A DNA stretch of 64,000 bases from Squalus acanthias. Lineage: Eukaryota. The stretch lies in assembly GCA_030390025.1 (NCBI GenBank), contig CM059430.1, positions 42,966,001 through 43,030,000 of the forward strand, given 5' to 3'. Positions within the stretch are counted from its first letter, which is position 1; every line of letters begins with the position of its first letter. Made by a program: the position numbers and the translations under genes. Under the pieces are notes generated by a model that saw nothing but the letters and a program-made list of their open reading frames with translations, was not told the origin of the DNA and ran no database searches. Positions 48,267-62,072 of this stretch are shown one piece after another.

Positions 48267-49854
48267 AACTTTTCACACTTGTAGAGTTTCACTCCCCAAA
48301 CCAAAATAAAACACAGATAACACAACATCAAGAGATTATAGCAATAATCACTTTAACTCCTGGTGTCAGATCTTACCACAGCCCTTCAACCTCTTTAAAA
48401 TACATCAAAGAAATGTCATTTCGAACCATGGTTTCACAATATATCTTACAACACGATCATACTTAATAAGCCACAAGTGATGAGTCATGAGTGAGTATAT
48501 CTGCTGTAATGAATGGGAGATTATTGTAAACCACTGCCCTTTAATTTATAATACTTTTACCAGAGCCTCATACACACTTTTTTTATTATAGGTAAACTGC
48601 AGCATCATTTTTTTAAATGGTGACACTTTTCCCACGGGAACTGTTTTTTCATAAAATAACCCCTGTTGTGGCATCACTGGGAGAATTTAGTCAAAAATTT
48701 GAACTCCTAAAATTCTGAAATCATATATTTGTTTCTTAACTCTTACCTTACAGAATGAACAGGAACAACAATTTCAAGCTCAACGTTACCTAATCATTGC
48801 TTCCTAATTGACCTTATTTTCTCTCCTACTCCTTTAATCCTTGGTTATGTCCTGCTTTATAATCCTTGGTCCTTCACCAAAGTTTCTCAATTAAAAATAA
48901 GTCAAATGGCATTTTAAAGATTAAAAACAGGTAGAGTTTTCTACCCACAAGACTCTGCTGTTATCAGGATTGCAAGCGGAGGTAAATTGCTTTTAAGTGA
49001 CTTGCTGGTAAATGGACTAATCTGTAAGATATAGTGCAACAGTTCCTTAAAACCAAAGCAAACATTACGTGATAACTGACAGCTAAATGCTTGTTGGGAA
49101 ATCTGGCCTACAGAAGCAAACAGACACATTGGCTTATTCTCAGCTTTTAAAACTAAGACTATTAAACAGGCTGTGGCTTTTTTGTATCACTATAAGTCAT
49201 TAATATGGTGATTACTAGACAGGCTAAAGGACAAAGTGTACAAGGTCACGAAAGGCACTTTTACACTATAGCTGGGATCCGAGGAGATCATTCTCAAAAG
49301 GAGACCTGTAAATCGCCGTGCACATAGTGCCACCACTCCTAATCAAGGCCTGTTGGAAGCCATATTTTGTTCATGTGGATCCATGTTTTCCATATATATA
49401 TGTGAATTACACAGCTACACATACACAAATGTGGGCTGGAAGGGGATTCCGTGAATGATCCTTGCTGAGGAAGATAGGACTCAGTGAGAAAGATTTCAAT
49501 GGAGAAGAATCGTCTTTTTGGTATTTCTATAGATAATACATGCAGGAAAGAGTCAGGTTTTTGTGGCAGGGCAGTGCTGGTTCTCTGCATCTGCATGCTT
49601 CAGTCATGATGTAAGTCCATGGAACCGGTTTTGTACATTTAGCGGGCCAGAGCAGGAAGCACCTAATCTATGGTTAAAAAAAAATCTAGATTTGAATTTT
49701 CATTCACATGACATTGCATCCTTTATATTAGAAAGAATAGTCCATGACTACTATTGCTGGCACTCTCTCAAGGTAAAAGTACATTTAGATCACTGGGACT
49801 CAGTGGTGTTGTTGAAACCGCCTTTCGGTATTTTTGCACTTTTTTTTCTAGCCA

Positions 49855-50245
49855 ACTTTCTCCCCCTCTCCTCCTCTTCTGAGTTGTCCACTACTCACTG
49901 GGATATAGTTCTGCAGGCACTGGTTGCTCTCTGGTACCTTACCCAGGTAGCCATCATTTATATATAGTCTTAACAATGACAGTGATGGGACCATGGCAAC
50001 ATCATAGCCTGGCTCAATCTTGTCCTCACGCATCATTCACATGCATTCAATTCCAGCAGGTGTCACTGGATACCAATCAAGAGCGAGAACTTTGGCCAAT
50101 TTTTCCCACCCAAATCAAAGAACACTTTTAGGGCAACTACTGCTGCGGAGCTAACTAATTAACCAAGGATCAAACTTGGGACTTTCTTGGTCTTTGTGGT
50201 TCATTTAATCACTGGATAAACTTGTTGAGCCATCAATGGTGCTCA
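49855..50245 (-). mobile_element. Old SINE family B copy
   Basis: Pyrimidine-rich tail at left, CATCATAGCC and TCCAGCAGGTGTCACTGGATA body, GGATCAAAC..TGAGCCA head. Confidence 0.5.
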
Positions 50246-52261
50246 GAAACCTTTGTTTTTAAGCGAAACACTTTGCACTTAACAATAATTTTGAACAACA
50301 GAAATAAATAGTGGGAAATTTGTACTAGTAGAAATCTTTCTATTTACTGGAATATAGTAAATTAAATGGAATAGCTGGTGCAATTTCTTATATCTTTGAA
50401 CAACTTCTGTGATAATAAATGATGCAATTCAATCCTGATTGTCTTGAAAGGAAATATCAGGTCTTATTGCTGTCCCATTGTATTTAGAGCACATGCCTTT
50501 GCCTGCGGGTGTGGTGTAGTTTATATATTCCATAGAGGTTACAATGAGAGTATTGAATTTATGGTGAGAGTAAGCAATAACATGATACTTCTAATTATTC
50601 AGAACGAGCTGGATGGGCCAAATTGCCACCACTTGTTCCTTGTTGTCTTATGTTCTTAACTGACAAGCGATGAAGTTTCCAGCGAATTATTAAGGGAAAG
50701 CTTATAAACAAGATAAACTTCTTAACCTACTGCTACGCTACTTTCTGGCCTATTTAACTTGTACAGTAAATACATTTTTGATACTTCTTTTTTCATATTG
50801 TGTGTGGAAAGTGTTCGAGTCATTGCCATGATATCAGATGATGTGTCTCTGTTTGTTTTTTAAAGAACTCACTAGTTGGGTTGCTAGGTACAGGATGTGT
50901 GGGATGTCTTTATACAAATAAAAGAACACTGTAACAGCAAACAAGCATTGTAATGTCAAAAAAGGTAGAAACTTCACTCCACTGTAGGTATCAGTGATAT
51001 GAAAATCTGAATAGCAGATCTCGCTGACACGGCCTTCACACACATGAAACGTATACTGTCATCTTGCACCTCATGCTTGGGAAGGCCTGGATGGGATGCA
51101 TTGTCTGTGAAGCAACTTCTAACTGTTTTCTATTGCGATGCGACAATCCAAACAAAAACATGTTTGAATGCCAATGTGATTAAATAAACCTTACATTTGT
51201 GGCTGGTGAGCAGCCAGTGTGAAGCTGCCAGAACAAAAGGCAGACAAGGATATAATCAGATGAATAACTAAAATGTTTTTAACAGTGTACTAATTTTGGA
51301 GCAGTATGAGGCTCCCTTTTTAATGTGGAACACTAAATTCATTCTGTCATCAGTAGTCCTGTTAAGTTTATTAAAGAAATACCCATAAATTATATTGGTG
51401 TAGATATTAGCATTAGCCTACGATGAAAGGATACAATTTCAGAAACATTTTATCAATGGAACTCAACCTGACAGACCAGGGTTTGTGTATTAGCTGCAGA
51501 GCATTCTGCATAATGTGTACTCACTGAGAGGTTTTATTTAAAATTTTCTTTATAAATCAACATGCCACTCTTGACCAATCACTCCATTCAATTGCTAAAT
51601 GGATGACACTCTATTCCTGCACAAGCATCCTGGGCTCTACTTGTGCCAGCTCCTGCTTGCTAAGGACATAGCCTCTGGGCCACAAGCAAAATCTCACCAG
51701 CATTTGGTGGATCCGGGAAGTAGCCTCATTCCATTAGATAAAGCACAAATAAAGTGCAAAATCCCAGTTTATATTAACATATAAAACAACTATGCCGATC
51801 AGAAAGCCTATTCAATATTCCATTTACTGACAAATACTCCACTGAGAGTTCAGAGGATCATCAATTCTCAATCTCATGGGTCAGAACTTCCAGGCATGCT
51901 ACAATGCCCAGTGGAGTCCCACTGCTAACCAATCAAGCACCAAGGTTTGATCACATGCCCTGAAACCAAGAGAAAGTATTAATTCTTGAATGAGTGACTC
52001 CTTCTGATTGAACATGTTGAAACTAAAGTTTTGGGGCGATTTACACTGGTGCACTCAAGAAGATATTTATGATGACCTGTTGTTTCCGATCCCAATTTTT
52101 TGCTACATCTTTCAGGAAAATAAAAGATAAGTACAGGCAAGTGACTTACAAGAACCACTTGCCTTGCTGGGTAACCATAGACAATATTTACAAAGAACTG
52201 TGCAGTATGTTTTCACTGCTATAATGTGTGTGCATTAGGGCCACCTGTTGGTTTGGACAGA

Positions 52262-52702
52262 AAGAAACAACTTGCAACTATACAGCAACTTTCACAACCT
52301 CAGTACATCCCAAAGCACTTCACAGCCAATTAAGTACTTTAAAAAAAATGTAGTTACTGCTGTAATTAGGAAACGTAGCAGCCAATGTACGCACAGCAAG
52401 ATCTCACAAACAGCAATTAAATAGATAACCAGACTATCTATTATAGGTGCTGGTTGAGAATGTTGGCTAGGACACCGGGACAACCCCCTGCTCTTCTTTG
52501 AATAGTGCCACGGGATCTTTTGCGTCCACCTGAGAAGGCAGACGGGCCTCGGTTTAACGTCTCATCTGACAGTGCAGCGCTCCCTCAGTGATACATTGAA
52601 ATGCCAACCTTAGATTATGTGCTCAAGTCTCTGGAGTGGAGCTTGAACCCATGACCTTCTGATTCAGAGGTAGGAGTGCTACCACTGTGCCAAGGCTGAC
52701 AC
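52262..52702 (-). mobile_element. Full-length Deu-domain SINE (SacSINE1-like)
   Basis: Colinear with 46690-47144; GGGTTCAAGCTCC B-box. Confidence 0.85.
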
Positions 52703-55319
52703 TTACCAGATAGTCTAATATTTGAGCAGCCTATCCAGAAATTTCTAAACTGTAAGTCAATAAAACAAGGTTTTCATTTTTCCATTTATTTCTGTGCCGT
52801 ATACTGTTAATCATTAAGGTTCTCAACAGTAGCAAAGCAAACCTCATAATTCAGGCCAATCATACCATCCTACCATGCCCTTATCTTGTCCTTTGTCCGG
52901 CTTTGGACTTGGCGGAAGGTAGAAACTGTAATACGCGAGTTAGCATAGAAAAAAGCTCATAAGTGCTTTAAGTATGAAAACAAGCAGATTTCTGCGTAGA
53001 GATGTTAGTACCTGCAGGGCCCAGATCACAAAAGGTAAGATGGAGCTTTGAAATGTCAGAAACCTCTATTACACAAATCCCAACCAATGACCCTGGCAAC
53101 TGCCTGCATTAGAATTTGCACAAGGAAACTTAATATAGCTAGTGAGAGAATGGGCTAAGTATTTACTTTCACTTCAAAGACCATCCTCTACTTTTCTCCT
53201 TTGCTTTTAGTGATTTTGAATGACCTATTTCCACTATTTTAACTCAAAGTGATATCATTGGATCAACATAATGGGTGTCTAAAAATACATTGTTATGCTG
53301 CAAAAAACTGTTCGAATTTGAGTCACTGCAATTCCTAAATGTTATATATAATGATTAGTGATTATAAGAATATCGTTTCGTTAAGGGTTCAAGTGATGCC
53401 ACAAGCAACTGAGAATTAAGTCTGGGCATTTTATTTTCACTGCAATCATTCCCACTTGCCCATTATGATTTAGAAGCTACAAAGCAATGTTATCTTGAAC
53501 AAGTATACATGTTATTTATGGTATCATCACCGAAGTCTCAAATACTTGGTGTCACCACTCCAAGCTCACAGGAATTTTAATCTACAGTCTGCTCTATAAA
53601 ATCAGAATTGTACCACGGCCGTTTCTTGCTCTTTTGGATCACCAAAAATAGACGATTTAGAATAAACTTATTCGTAAACTCGTGCAACTTTGCATCTCTG
53701 CTTTTTAAAAAAAATCATTAACTCACTTCCAACCAATCAGAGAACCCAATTGATGCAGAGGCGGGTTATTGCCTTGCTGTTAACTCACTCTCCAACCTTC
53801 GCTGTGAACCCCATGCGCTACCCTGCACTTGGTACCAGTGCACCCGAATACCCACATTTGATTTCTTCGCAGGGAGTGGCGGCAAAATCTTATGTTACCG
53901 GGTATTCTAAATAAACAGAGACATAACTTTTTAAGAAAAAAAAACTTTGTTGACATTCCGAAGCTTTTACTCCCATTTACAGGGCGAGATTCTCCAGACG
54001 CCATACAATCGGATATCACAGGGGAAACTTCCCCCAAACAACACAAAGAACCTCTGGACATACAATGATCGAATAAAATAATCTCTTTAAGCTCTGTGTA
54101 TATATAAAACGGTGGGTTAGATGCCTCGCAGCCCTCTGTTACTAGGAGTACATACCGCACAAAGTATCCCAACAAAGCCATAAACCTAGCAGCAAACTGA
54201 AAGCAACCAGATTTTAAATTATTTCCATCAGCAACTTGACTCCTGCCTGATGTACCAAAGCGATTCATACAAGATGTCGTGCAACATGCGCCAAATTAAA
54301 GGGACTAGTGCTAAAGTCTGGAATGTGTTTAGTATTGTGGAAATATGAAAACAAATGGGCCGACAGCTCCTTCTTCGCCCGAACATATTTGGTGATCGAG
54401 TATTCCAGAGTAACGGTTTACTGGGAAATCCCGCTGTCACTCGCGCGGTTAGCGATGCCGAGAAGCTGCCCCTTTACCTGGGGGATGTGGGCCAGCAGCT
54501 GGCACACCTGTCTGTTCAGGGCTGCGGCGCCGTGCCCAGGCGCGGCCTCTATCCCCCCCCAAATACAAACGCCTCCACTGCTGTTAATACAGGAGAATAT
54601 ATCGGGTGGAGGATTTCACATTTCGAAAAATATCATTCATGTTATGATCGTGATATTTTTCCCCCCCCGGTAAAACTTCGACTCCCGCGCGCTCAAGATC
54701 TACTTGTAAATATCGGGTGAGTTTCAACAGCCAAAGATCCGACTATTTTGGGGCTCTTTTAAAAGACGGCTCAGTAAATCGATACGTTTGTTTTTTTAAA
54801 TAATCGAATTCAATGATTAATTAAAGTAAAAATGACTGGCATTAAATCATTTAAAAAACTTAAACAGGAAAGCGCGGACTGTTTTATTAACAACACGAAC
54901 TCATGATGAGCTCAAGGCGCGGAATAATCCAACTGTGGTGAGATACAACATATTGAAACAATATGCCGACTGGGCCTATCCAGGTTTATGTTTTTTTGTA
55001 AACACTAGGGCAAGCTGCAAAAGTTTAAACTATGTAACTCGTAAACAAGCCATGTTTTCAAACAAGTTCAATTGGTGTCCAGTGTTAAAGTTATCCCCAC
55101 TTAAGTCAGTCCTGCTCTTGAAAATGCCCGAGTCTATGTGTGTGTTTAAAACAAAATCCTTCATCAAGCAAACTAGTGAAAAACTGAGTAAAAGAAAAAA
55201 AAAGATGATTGCATCAATCAGTGTCAGGCCAACCAGAGATGATTTATGAATATGCGTAATGAGTTCTCACTTTTGAACAGGAATAGTGGGCAGGTAATTG
55301 ATTAGACAGGAAAGGGGCT

Positions 55320-55415
55320 GAGTGAGAGCGCGAGAAAGAAAGGGAGGGAGGGAGGGGGTAACAGAGGGAAAGGAGATGGGGAGCGAGTGAGAGAGAAAGA
55401 TGTGTATTGGAGAGA
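55320..55415. repeat. GA-rich low-complexity tract
   Basis: GAGAGCGCGAGAAAGAAAGGGAGGGAGGGAGGGG...GAGAGAGAAAGA. Confidence 0.6.
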
Positions 55416-58400
55416 GTTGCCATATACATAACTGAGATGGGTAGACAGGGCGACAGAAACAGTAACTGCCTGAGTTCAGTCCAGTTTAGGCCTGTGGTTG
55501 GGTCTGTACATAACTACTGCCTTGAGTTGCACACAATTCCCCAATATAATCTGCAATTTCGAAACCTTTAATGAAAAATAAAACAAAGATCATGTTAATT
55601 GTGATGTTGCTGACATATGATGCTTCGCTGCCTAAATGGAAGTGAGTGCTGTCGAAAGTGAGCTTGTAGCTTAAATTAGCAGGAACACCAAACACAAAAT
55701 TACAAGCATCAAAAGAAAGCGGAAAAGTCCAAATAAAGCCCCAAATTGTGACACGGGCTGCCGCCAGACTGTGAAACGTTCTATCGTGCACAGAGGTGTA
55801 CCAGGGGACCAAGCCGAGTAACGTGTCAGCCCCCCAGCCTCACATTACTGAGTCCTGGCGAAAGTTTCTACACTCCCATAAGACGCGAACGGTGCAACTG
55901 CCAAAACTCGCCAAGTGCTTTTAATTTAATTGTATTATTTTAACTGATTCTAAAGTAGGACTCGTGAAATAAAACAGAAGTGTCAGCTGCGATTGTGCTG
56001 ACCAAGAGAGACGGCTGGTAGCCCGCCTGTATATTGCACGAAGTGTTTGGTGAGACAGATTCGGCATTAAATATTGCACTGTCTACTGAGCACAGAACCA
56101 TAATGAAGGAGGGTGGGGATCTTGGCTAAACAACGAAACCATAATATTCGAACACTTTAATTAAAACAGCCTTGCAAAAATACTTTGAGCGAATTCTTAC
56201 CCAAAAAAATACTTGCACGTTCCATTCCCTTGAATAAATGTCGCAATCGCAACTATTTGCACCAGCCCTGCATTTCAATCAGAAAACTAAAATATGTACC
56301 GCAAACTGCAGAAAGATGGAGATTTTTAAAAAGGTGTAAAATAGAAATCGCTCTCGATTAAGTTACTTGGCCCTGATTTGCAAACCTATAACCTAAATCA
56401 CAGTATTTCCTTGTCACGCCGGCGTAAAGAGCGTATTTTATCCCACTTTTATTCAAAGATATCTTTACATATTAAAAAAGAAACAGATTGCAAAGCTGTT
56501 ACACGACCCGACCAAGGAATCTCAGTCTTTAAATGACTTTATTTTAATAGTTCTCTATTTTACCTTCAGTTACCCTGAGCCTAAACGCAGGAATCGATTG
56601 CACTTCAAACGGTTGTACTTTATTATGTTATAAATTAATGCGATGCGGAAACCTTAATTTAACAAGGGCTAACCGCGCAATCTGCAGAATGCTACTTGGT
56701 GAAAGATCCGCCGGAGTGAAGAGTTTAGTAATAAAATGATGTGGGAACTATCACACCCCCCCCCCCACCCCCCCAACCAAAAAAAACCTGAAGGCTTGGG
56801 GTAACCCTTGTTGGTGCTTAATGTAACACTTAACGATATTCTTGATTCTAGCGCCCATTCGCTCATTATTTTGACAGAAAATACTTAACGAAATTCATTA
56901 GGTTGATTACAGTGGGAATCATTTGCAACCACAACGAAACACACCAAATATTTCAAAGGGTCTGGCCACAACAGTGAATAAATATGTAAAAAGAGCTGTT
57001 AGCCTCATTTATTATTAATAGAGTTTCTAAAGGAAACGGCTAGGGTTTTTTTTTAGAAATGAGGATAAAACTTGGATCAAGCATTTTGACGCCGTAATTC
57101 AATCGGGAGCCGATTCCTTTTTTTAAAAAATGAATAATCAACACACTGAGTGATCGTTTTCAATACTAGTTTTTTTTTCACAATTACTAATATGTCAGCA
57201 GAAACAACTGGCAGGGGCCTGTTGAAACGATTCTGCATATTTCATTGGTGAAAATGTTTCCGTTCCTGTGAATGACAATTCACGGGAGGAAAGAAGCTGG
57301 CTTACTCCCAGCGAACAAACTCGGCAACTTCTGTACAAAGTTGGGAACCGATTAAAGCCTGACTTGTGACCTCGATCATTTCATAATTCACAGCTAGGTT
57401 TTTTTTTGCAAAAAACCACCAAGGAAAAATCGCAGTTTCACCGAATGGCAGAGCTCGGAAAACAACCTACGCAGTGAATAAAAGTTAAGATCGTTTTTGC
57501 ACAGACCATCAAATTTTACAAAATGAACGGTTTGAACGTAGCAGGAGGAAATTAGGCAGCTGCCGTTTTATGACTCTTCTCCCCATGATGTAGCACCATT
57601 AATTTGTGTCGGTTCTCTCTGGTTATTACTGTGGCGTTTCAGAATGTCTACCTGTAGGAGGCGCTCTTAGCCCGACTTTCCCCCCCCCAACCCCCCTCCT
57701 CCCTCTCAGTCCAAAACCCAACACATCAATGCCTGCCCTTCGGGGGTCTGGTATTATACAAGTCATTTAGTCATTATACTGCATAAGTGTCTCAAGCATC
57801 TACAATCATCTCGCATTAAAATATTGCCGTGGTGTTTAACCACAATCATATATTTTGATGATCAATTTAAATTATGATTTCTAACAACCAGTTAAGATAT
57901 TTACTGAAATCTACAACACGATGATTCTCAAAGCATCGCTTTACAAATATCGTCCCTCAACAAACGCCGAAGCTATACTTGAATGCAGTATTTTGGTCTC
58001 CTCAATAATATTGTAAACAAAGTGTAGCAATTTAATCTCAGCGTTGTTTCGGCACTTGGGAATAGTTTAACAATTAGCTGCTAAAAGCGATTCATGGTAA
58101 CTGAATGTTCACGCTTAAAAAACGACACCAGTATTTAAAAAGAAAGCAGAGGGAACGGTACGTGTATACAAATTGATGCGGACTATATTAAAGGTTATTT
58201 AAAAAAAATCTTTAAAATGGTATATAAAAGTTTTCAGTTAAACCGCTTACAATCTTCCTTTGCTGGGATTTTAAAATGGCACAAATTCAGGCACCATTTA
58301 CATGGGGAAATTTTCAATACGGATTTTTTGTTGGCTGAAATGTCAATTGATAATCATGTGTATGGTAAACAAAACATTGATACGTTCCTGGGGAATAGCT

Positions 58401-58453
58401 ACCCATTGACAGCTTTGAAAATACAGACACAAAGGTAAAGTCGTAACTGTTCA

Positions 58454-58459
58454 TTTATT
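58454..58459 (-). terminator. Probable irx3 polyadenylation signal AATAAA (alternative at 58653-58658)
   Basis: AATAAA on minus strand ~310 nt past the stop, preceded by TGTA-containing AU-rich UTR sequence. Confidence 0.55.
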
Positions 58460-58770
58460 AGCCAAAAATATATACTTTCTTGTACAATTTCGTTCACACG
58501 TATGTACATGTTTGTTTGCGGTATATACAAAACATCTCGAACACCAGGTGATAACTAATCCTCACTCGACTTACAAAAAAAACTGGGTTCCACTTATATC
58601 ACAAACTCAACTAAGTGATACGCGCCTTGTCGGCCAGTATTACATTACCAATTTTATTTTAATACACATACATGCTTACAGGTTAAACTATACAGGGGAA
58701 AAAAACATTTTTACATTCCATTTAACAAGAAAATGGTTACAAAATAAAGTTAAAAAATAGCCAAAATGGA

Positions 58771-58825
58771 CTATGCGGAGGAGAGCGCCGACAAAACCAT
58801 GGCTGCATCGAGTTGGTTCTGGGGT
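58771..58825 (-). CDS. irx3: irx3 exon 4 coding part to TAG
   Basis: TTTCAG|ACCCCAGAAC...; encodes [17 protein letters not shown] then TAG at 58773-58771. Confidence 0.9.
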
Positions 58826-61514
58826 CTGAAACGAATAAAATTATTGTGGATCAGTGTTTACAATTTTTTGTAATAAAGTTTTGACATCCATATTTTGCAT
58901 AAAATGTTGTAATTTAAGTTTCGAATGCAGATCAACTGCGGTGGAAAGTACGCAAAAAGCTGCACGCCTGTTACTGCAGAGATCTGGAGTCTGGTGCAAA
59001 ATCGTGGGAATGTACAGAGAGGAATGAAATGTGTTTCTTACCGTCTCTGAACCGGCTGAAAAGCTGTCTTTACTATTTTTTTCTCTATTTCCAAGGTACT
59101 GCTTCGATCTGTAAATAATAACGAGTTCTTATAATTGGTATTGTTCGCCATTACCGAGTCCACTGTTACTCAGAGACACACGCTGAAATTCAACTTTGTT
59201 ATGGAATCGTTATCAATTATACGACTTAAAGGATACAGTGACCCGCATATAATATATGGTAAGTGTTATCTTATTACACAGGTCTTCTTTTGCCATCTAA
59301 TACTTATTGGAAAAAGTTATTGTAATCAAATTATAAATTATCTTTTAAACTGGTGCTGAAGATCAGTTTATAATAAATGCAATTTTGACCATCAAAAAAT
59401 CATTATCCCATGACTTTGATTGCGCCTTGTAGGAGTTATATCTTGTATTTAGTTACAGTCGAGCAATGGTACTTTTCGTGAGCAGGATGTACAAATCTCT
59501 AGGTATCGATTTAAAAAGATGGAGAAATCGCTTTTGTATAGATATTACCAGCAAATAAAATTAATTCGGAAGAGTATGGATCCCTTTGGAGATCGTCACT
59601 GAGTTAATCTTTCCTTTTAAATTTGAAGTTTTAAAAAAGGCCCAACTGTTAAGGCTGCTAATACAATATTATTCACATATTATTTATTTTGTGCATTAAG
59701 TTGATCCTTCTCTTTGAAAATGGTGTAGGGTGTTCTCACAGTCTGGCTGGAGCGTGTTTTTGTGATTGCAGTTAACAGCTCTGTACCTGTTACCGTGGGT
59801 TCTGCTGTCTGAGCCCGCTCCTCGCCTCCTCTCACTGTACAAAATGCGGGGACACCGGCAGCCGGGGCTGCCTGGCCAGCACTAAGTCCGAGGAAGTGGT
59901 TTGAATTGATTAAAGCCAGGGGGTGGTGAGAAAAGGTTCGGTTTGTCCAGTTCTGAAATTTGCCCATGGGGCAGGCGAAAAGTCTGTGCTGGCCCAGGAG
60001 GGACGAGGCTGCAGGCCCCGCAGGAGAGCTGCTGATCTGTGGGGACTTGCGAGGATTGTCCGGTGTGGTGGCGGTTTCAGCCAAAGACCAGATCTTAGGC
60101 TTCTGGCTTATCGGTAGACTGCTCTCGGGCGGAGGGGAGACGGGGCTTTTCCTCTCGGCGTTGCTTTTGGTCTGATCGCCACTGGACTGTCCTGAAATCT
60201 CGGGCGAAAGGTCGCCCCGTTTGTCTTCAGTCACTCTGCTCTCTTTTACCACCGATTTCAGAAAACCGTCCTCTGAACCGTTCAAGTCATCAAAAGTGTC
60301 TGAGATTTCAGAATCACTTCTGCCGTCTAGTTTGCAGTCCAAGTTTAAGTCCGGGTCGTGCTCGTCCTCGTCCTCTTTGCTCTCGATATTCTCCGTATCG
60401 ATATTTTCTAAATCGATCTCCTCGTCGTCCTCCTTTTTCTCGCCTTCCATGTCCGGGTCGCTTCCATACGAATTGCCCTCTTCGTCGGTGCGGTTCCTGG
60501 GAGTCCAAGTCATCTTGTTCTCCTTTTTAAGCCTTCTCCGGGCGTTGGCGAACCAGGTCGACACTTGGGTCAGGGTCATTTTGGTGATAATGGCCAGCAT
60601 GATCTTCTCCCCTTTGGTGGGATACGGGTTTTTCCTGTGCTCGTTGAGCCACGCTTTCAAGGTGCTGGTACTTTCCCTGGTGGCGTTTTTCGGCCTGGAT
60701 GGGTCCCCGAACTGGTATTGGCCATAAGGGTAATAGGCGGCGTGGTGGTGGGGAAAAGCAGGGTGCTGCACGCCTGGGCTCTCCTTCAGTTCGTACTGGG
60801 CACCCTACACAAGAGCAGAAAATGAAGGGCGAAAGTGGTAATTTAACAAAAAAAATAGTAAAAATGAAGTGTAATTATTATTTGAATTATGTTCTGCACA
60901 GCTAAATGATCCGCCCATTTTCAAACTAAAAAAATATGTGGATGCGGGGGGGGGGGGGAGGGGGTGCTAACCAAATTGGGGGGGGGGGGAGAGAAAGTTT
61001 TAAGAGTTCAAACTGGCAAGAAACAAAACAAAAATGAAACTGCCACAAAAAATCTGCAAGTGAAATTGACAAGGAAGCTTGAGTGAAACTGACAAACGCG
61101 ACCCAGAAACAGACTAAAAACTTTTCGGGAGAAAACTCGACAGGAAAAATAAAAGCGGCATTACCGCAACGGCCAACAACTCCTCTTCCTCATCTCCGCG
61201 TCTTGTTCTGATAATCGCAACAAACTTTTTTTCCCCCCCTTTTTAATGATTTACCGGATGAAAGGGACTAGGAGAGAGCGAATTGACGTAAATGTTCTTA
61301 CCAGCTGAGGAAACATGGGGAGATCGGCTGCATAAGGCAAAAAGGCGCCGTATCCTTGAGCGGCATAAGGGGATCCATACATGGTTAGTACAGTAGAGGC
61401 AGCGCCGGACGCCGTCAGATCGCTCCCAGTCCTGGCAGACGATATACCCTGGCGATCTGGGTAAAGTGGCCTAGTAGCAGCAATGTACTGATATCCCAGT
61501 TGTGGGAAAGACAT
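58771..61514 (-). CDS. irx3: Iroquois-class TALE homeobox protein Irx3, spliced CDS: join(61302..61514, 59787..60804, 59042..59108, 58771..58825), 1353 nt, 450 aa
   Basis: N-terminus [15 protein letters not shown] homeodomain ([59 protein letters not shown]), acidic [11 protein letters not shown] segment, IRO box ([12 protein letters not shown]), and an Irx3-type C-terminus ([40 protein letters not shown]). All three introns are GT..AG and exon phases (0,1,2) join into one open frame. Confidence 0.95.
59042..59108 (-). CDS. irx3: irx3 exon 3 (67 nt; not in ORF track)
   Basis: TTACAG|ATCGAAGC...AGACG|GTAAGA; encodes (D)[21 protein letters not shown](R). Confidence 0.9.
59787..60804 (-). CDS. 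irx3: irx3 exon 2 (homeodomain + IRO box)
   Basis: Acceptor GTGTAG|GGTGCCCAGTAC ([14 protein letters not shown]); donor ACAG|GTACAG; 1018 nt. Confidence 0.93.
61302..61514 (-). CDS. irx3: irx3 coding exon 1 (71 codons)
   Basis: ATG at 61514; ends ...CCTCAGCTG|GTAAGA donor. Confidence 0.93.
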
Positions 61515-61729
61515 GGTCAGTGACTACTGCGAGAGAAATCGCTGTGTAGAAAGAGCCCGAGTATCCACCTTTAATGCTACAGACTCAGTTGAAAGTATAC
61601 GTTTCCACATGCAGACGCACTGTAACCGATCCGATCGCTCTCTCTCAACTTGCTATTGATCTGAGGGTGCCCAGGTCAGGTCCTAACAGATTCGTAGAGA
61701 TTATTCGGAGTTGATGGCCTGATTGACAT

Positions 61730-61920
61730 TTCTGCTAAGCCCCTCCTATTTCTTTCGGGTCCGCCGCAGCTTTTACTCAATCTCTGCCTTTGTCACAGAG
61801 CGTGTCTTTTCCAAATCTATTTACTGACGTCGCGATCTTTTATTTCTGTTGCTTTCAAGTCGCAGTTTGCGATCGCCAATCAGTACTAGCTCTCCGGCAA
61901 AAAACACGCCCGCCCCAAAT
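61730..61920 (-). promoter_or_regulatory. Putative irx3 proximal promoter
   Basis: CCAAT box 61876-61880, GC box GCCCGCCCC 61908-61916, CRE-like TGACGT near 61825, CpG-rich, 220-400 bp upstream of the ATG. Confidence 0.55.
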
Positions 61921-62072
61921 TTTTTAAAGAAGAACCTTCGCCTCCCACTTTTTGCCACAGGGTTTCTGTTAAAAGCTACGTATTTGTAGAACCATAATTG
62001 GAAACAAAAAAAAAACAAGAGAAAGAAAATCGACCTAAGTAAGACAAGACAGAATTTGAACAACTTTAAAGC

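Noticed and set aside
54308-54720. Two 121-aa ORFs in a CpG-rich patch
   Set aside because: No homology cues or splice support; better explained as part of the unmethylated regulatory domain.
59680-59786. C-terminal extension of the 363-aa ORF ([10 protein letters not shown]...AQNK)
   Set aside because: Read-through into intron 2; the Irx3-type C-terminus is supplied by exons 3 and 4 via canonical splice sites.
59923-60905. Plus-strand ORFs antisense to irx3 exon 2 (e.g. 168 aa at 60221)
   Set aside because: Shadow frames of a GC-rich coding exon.
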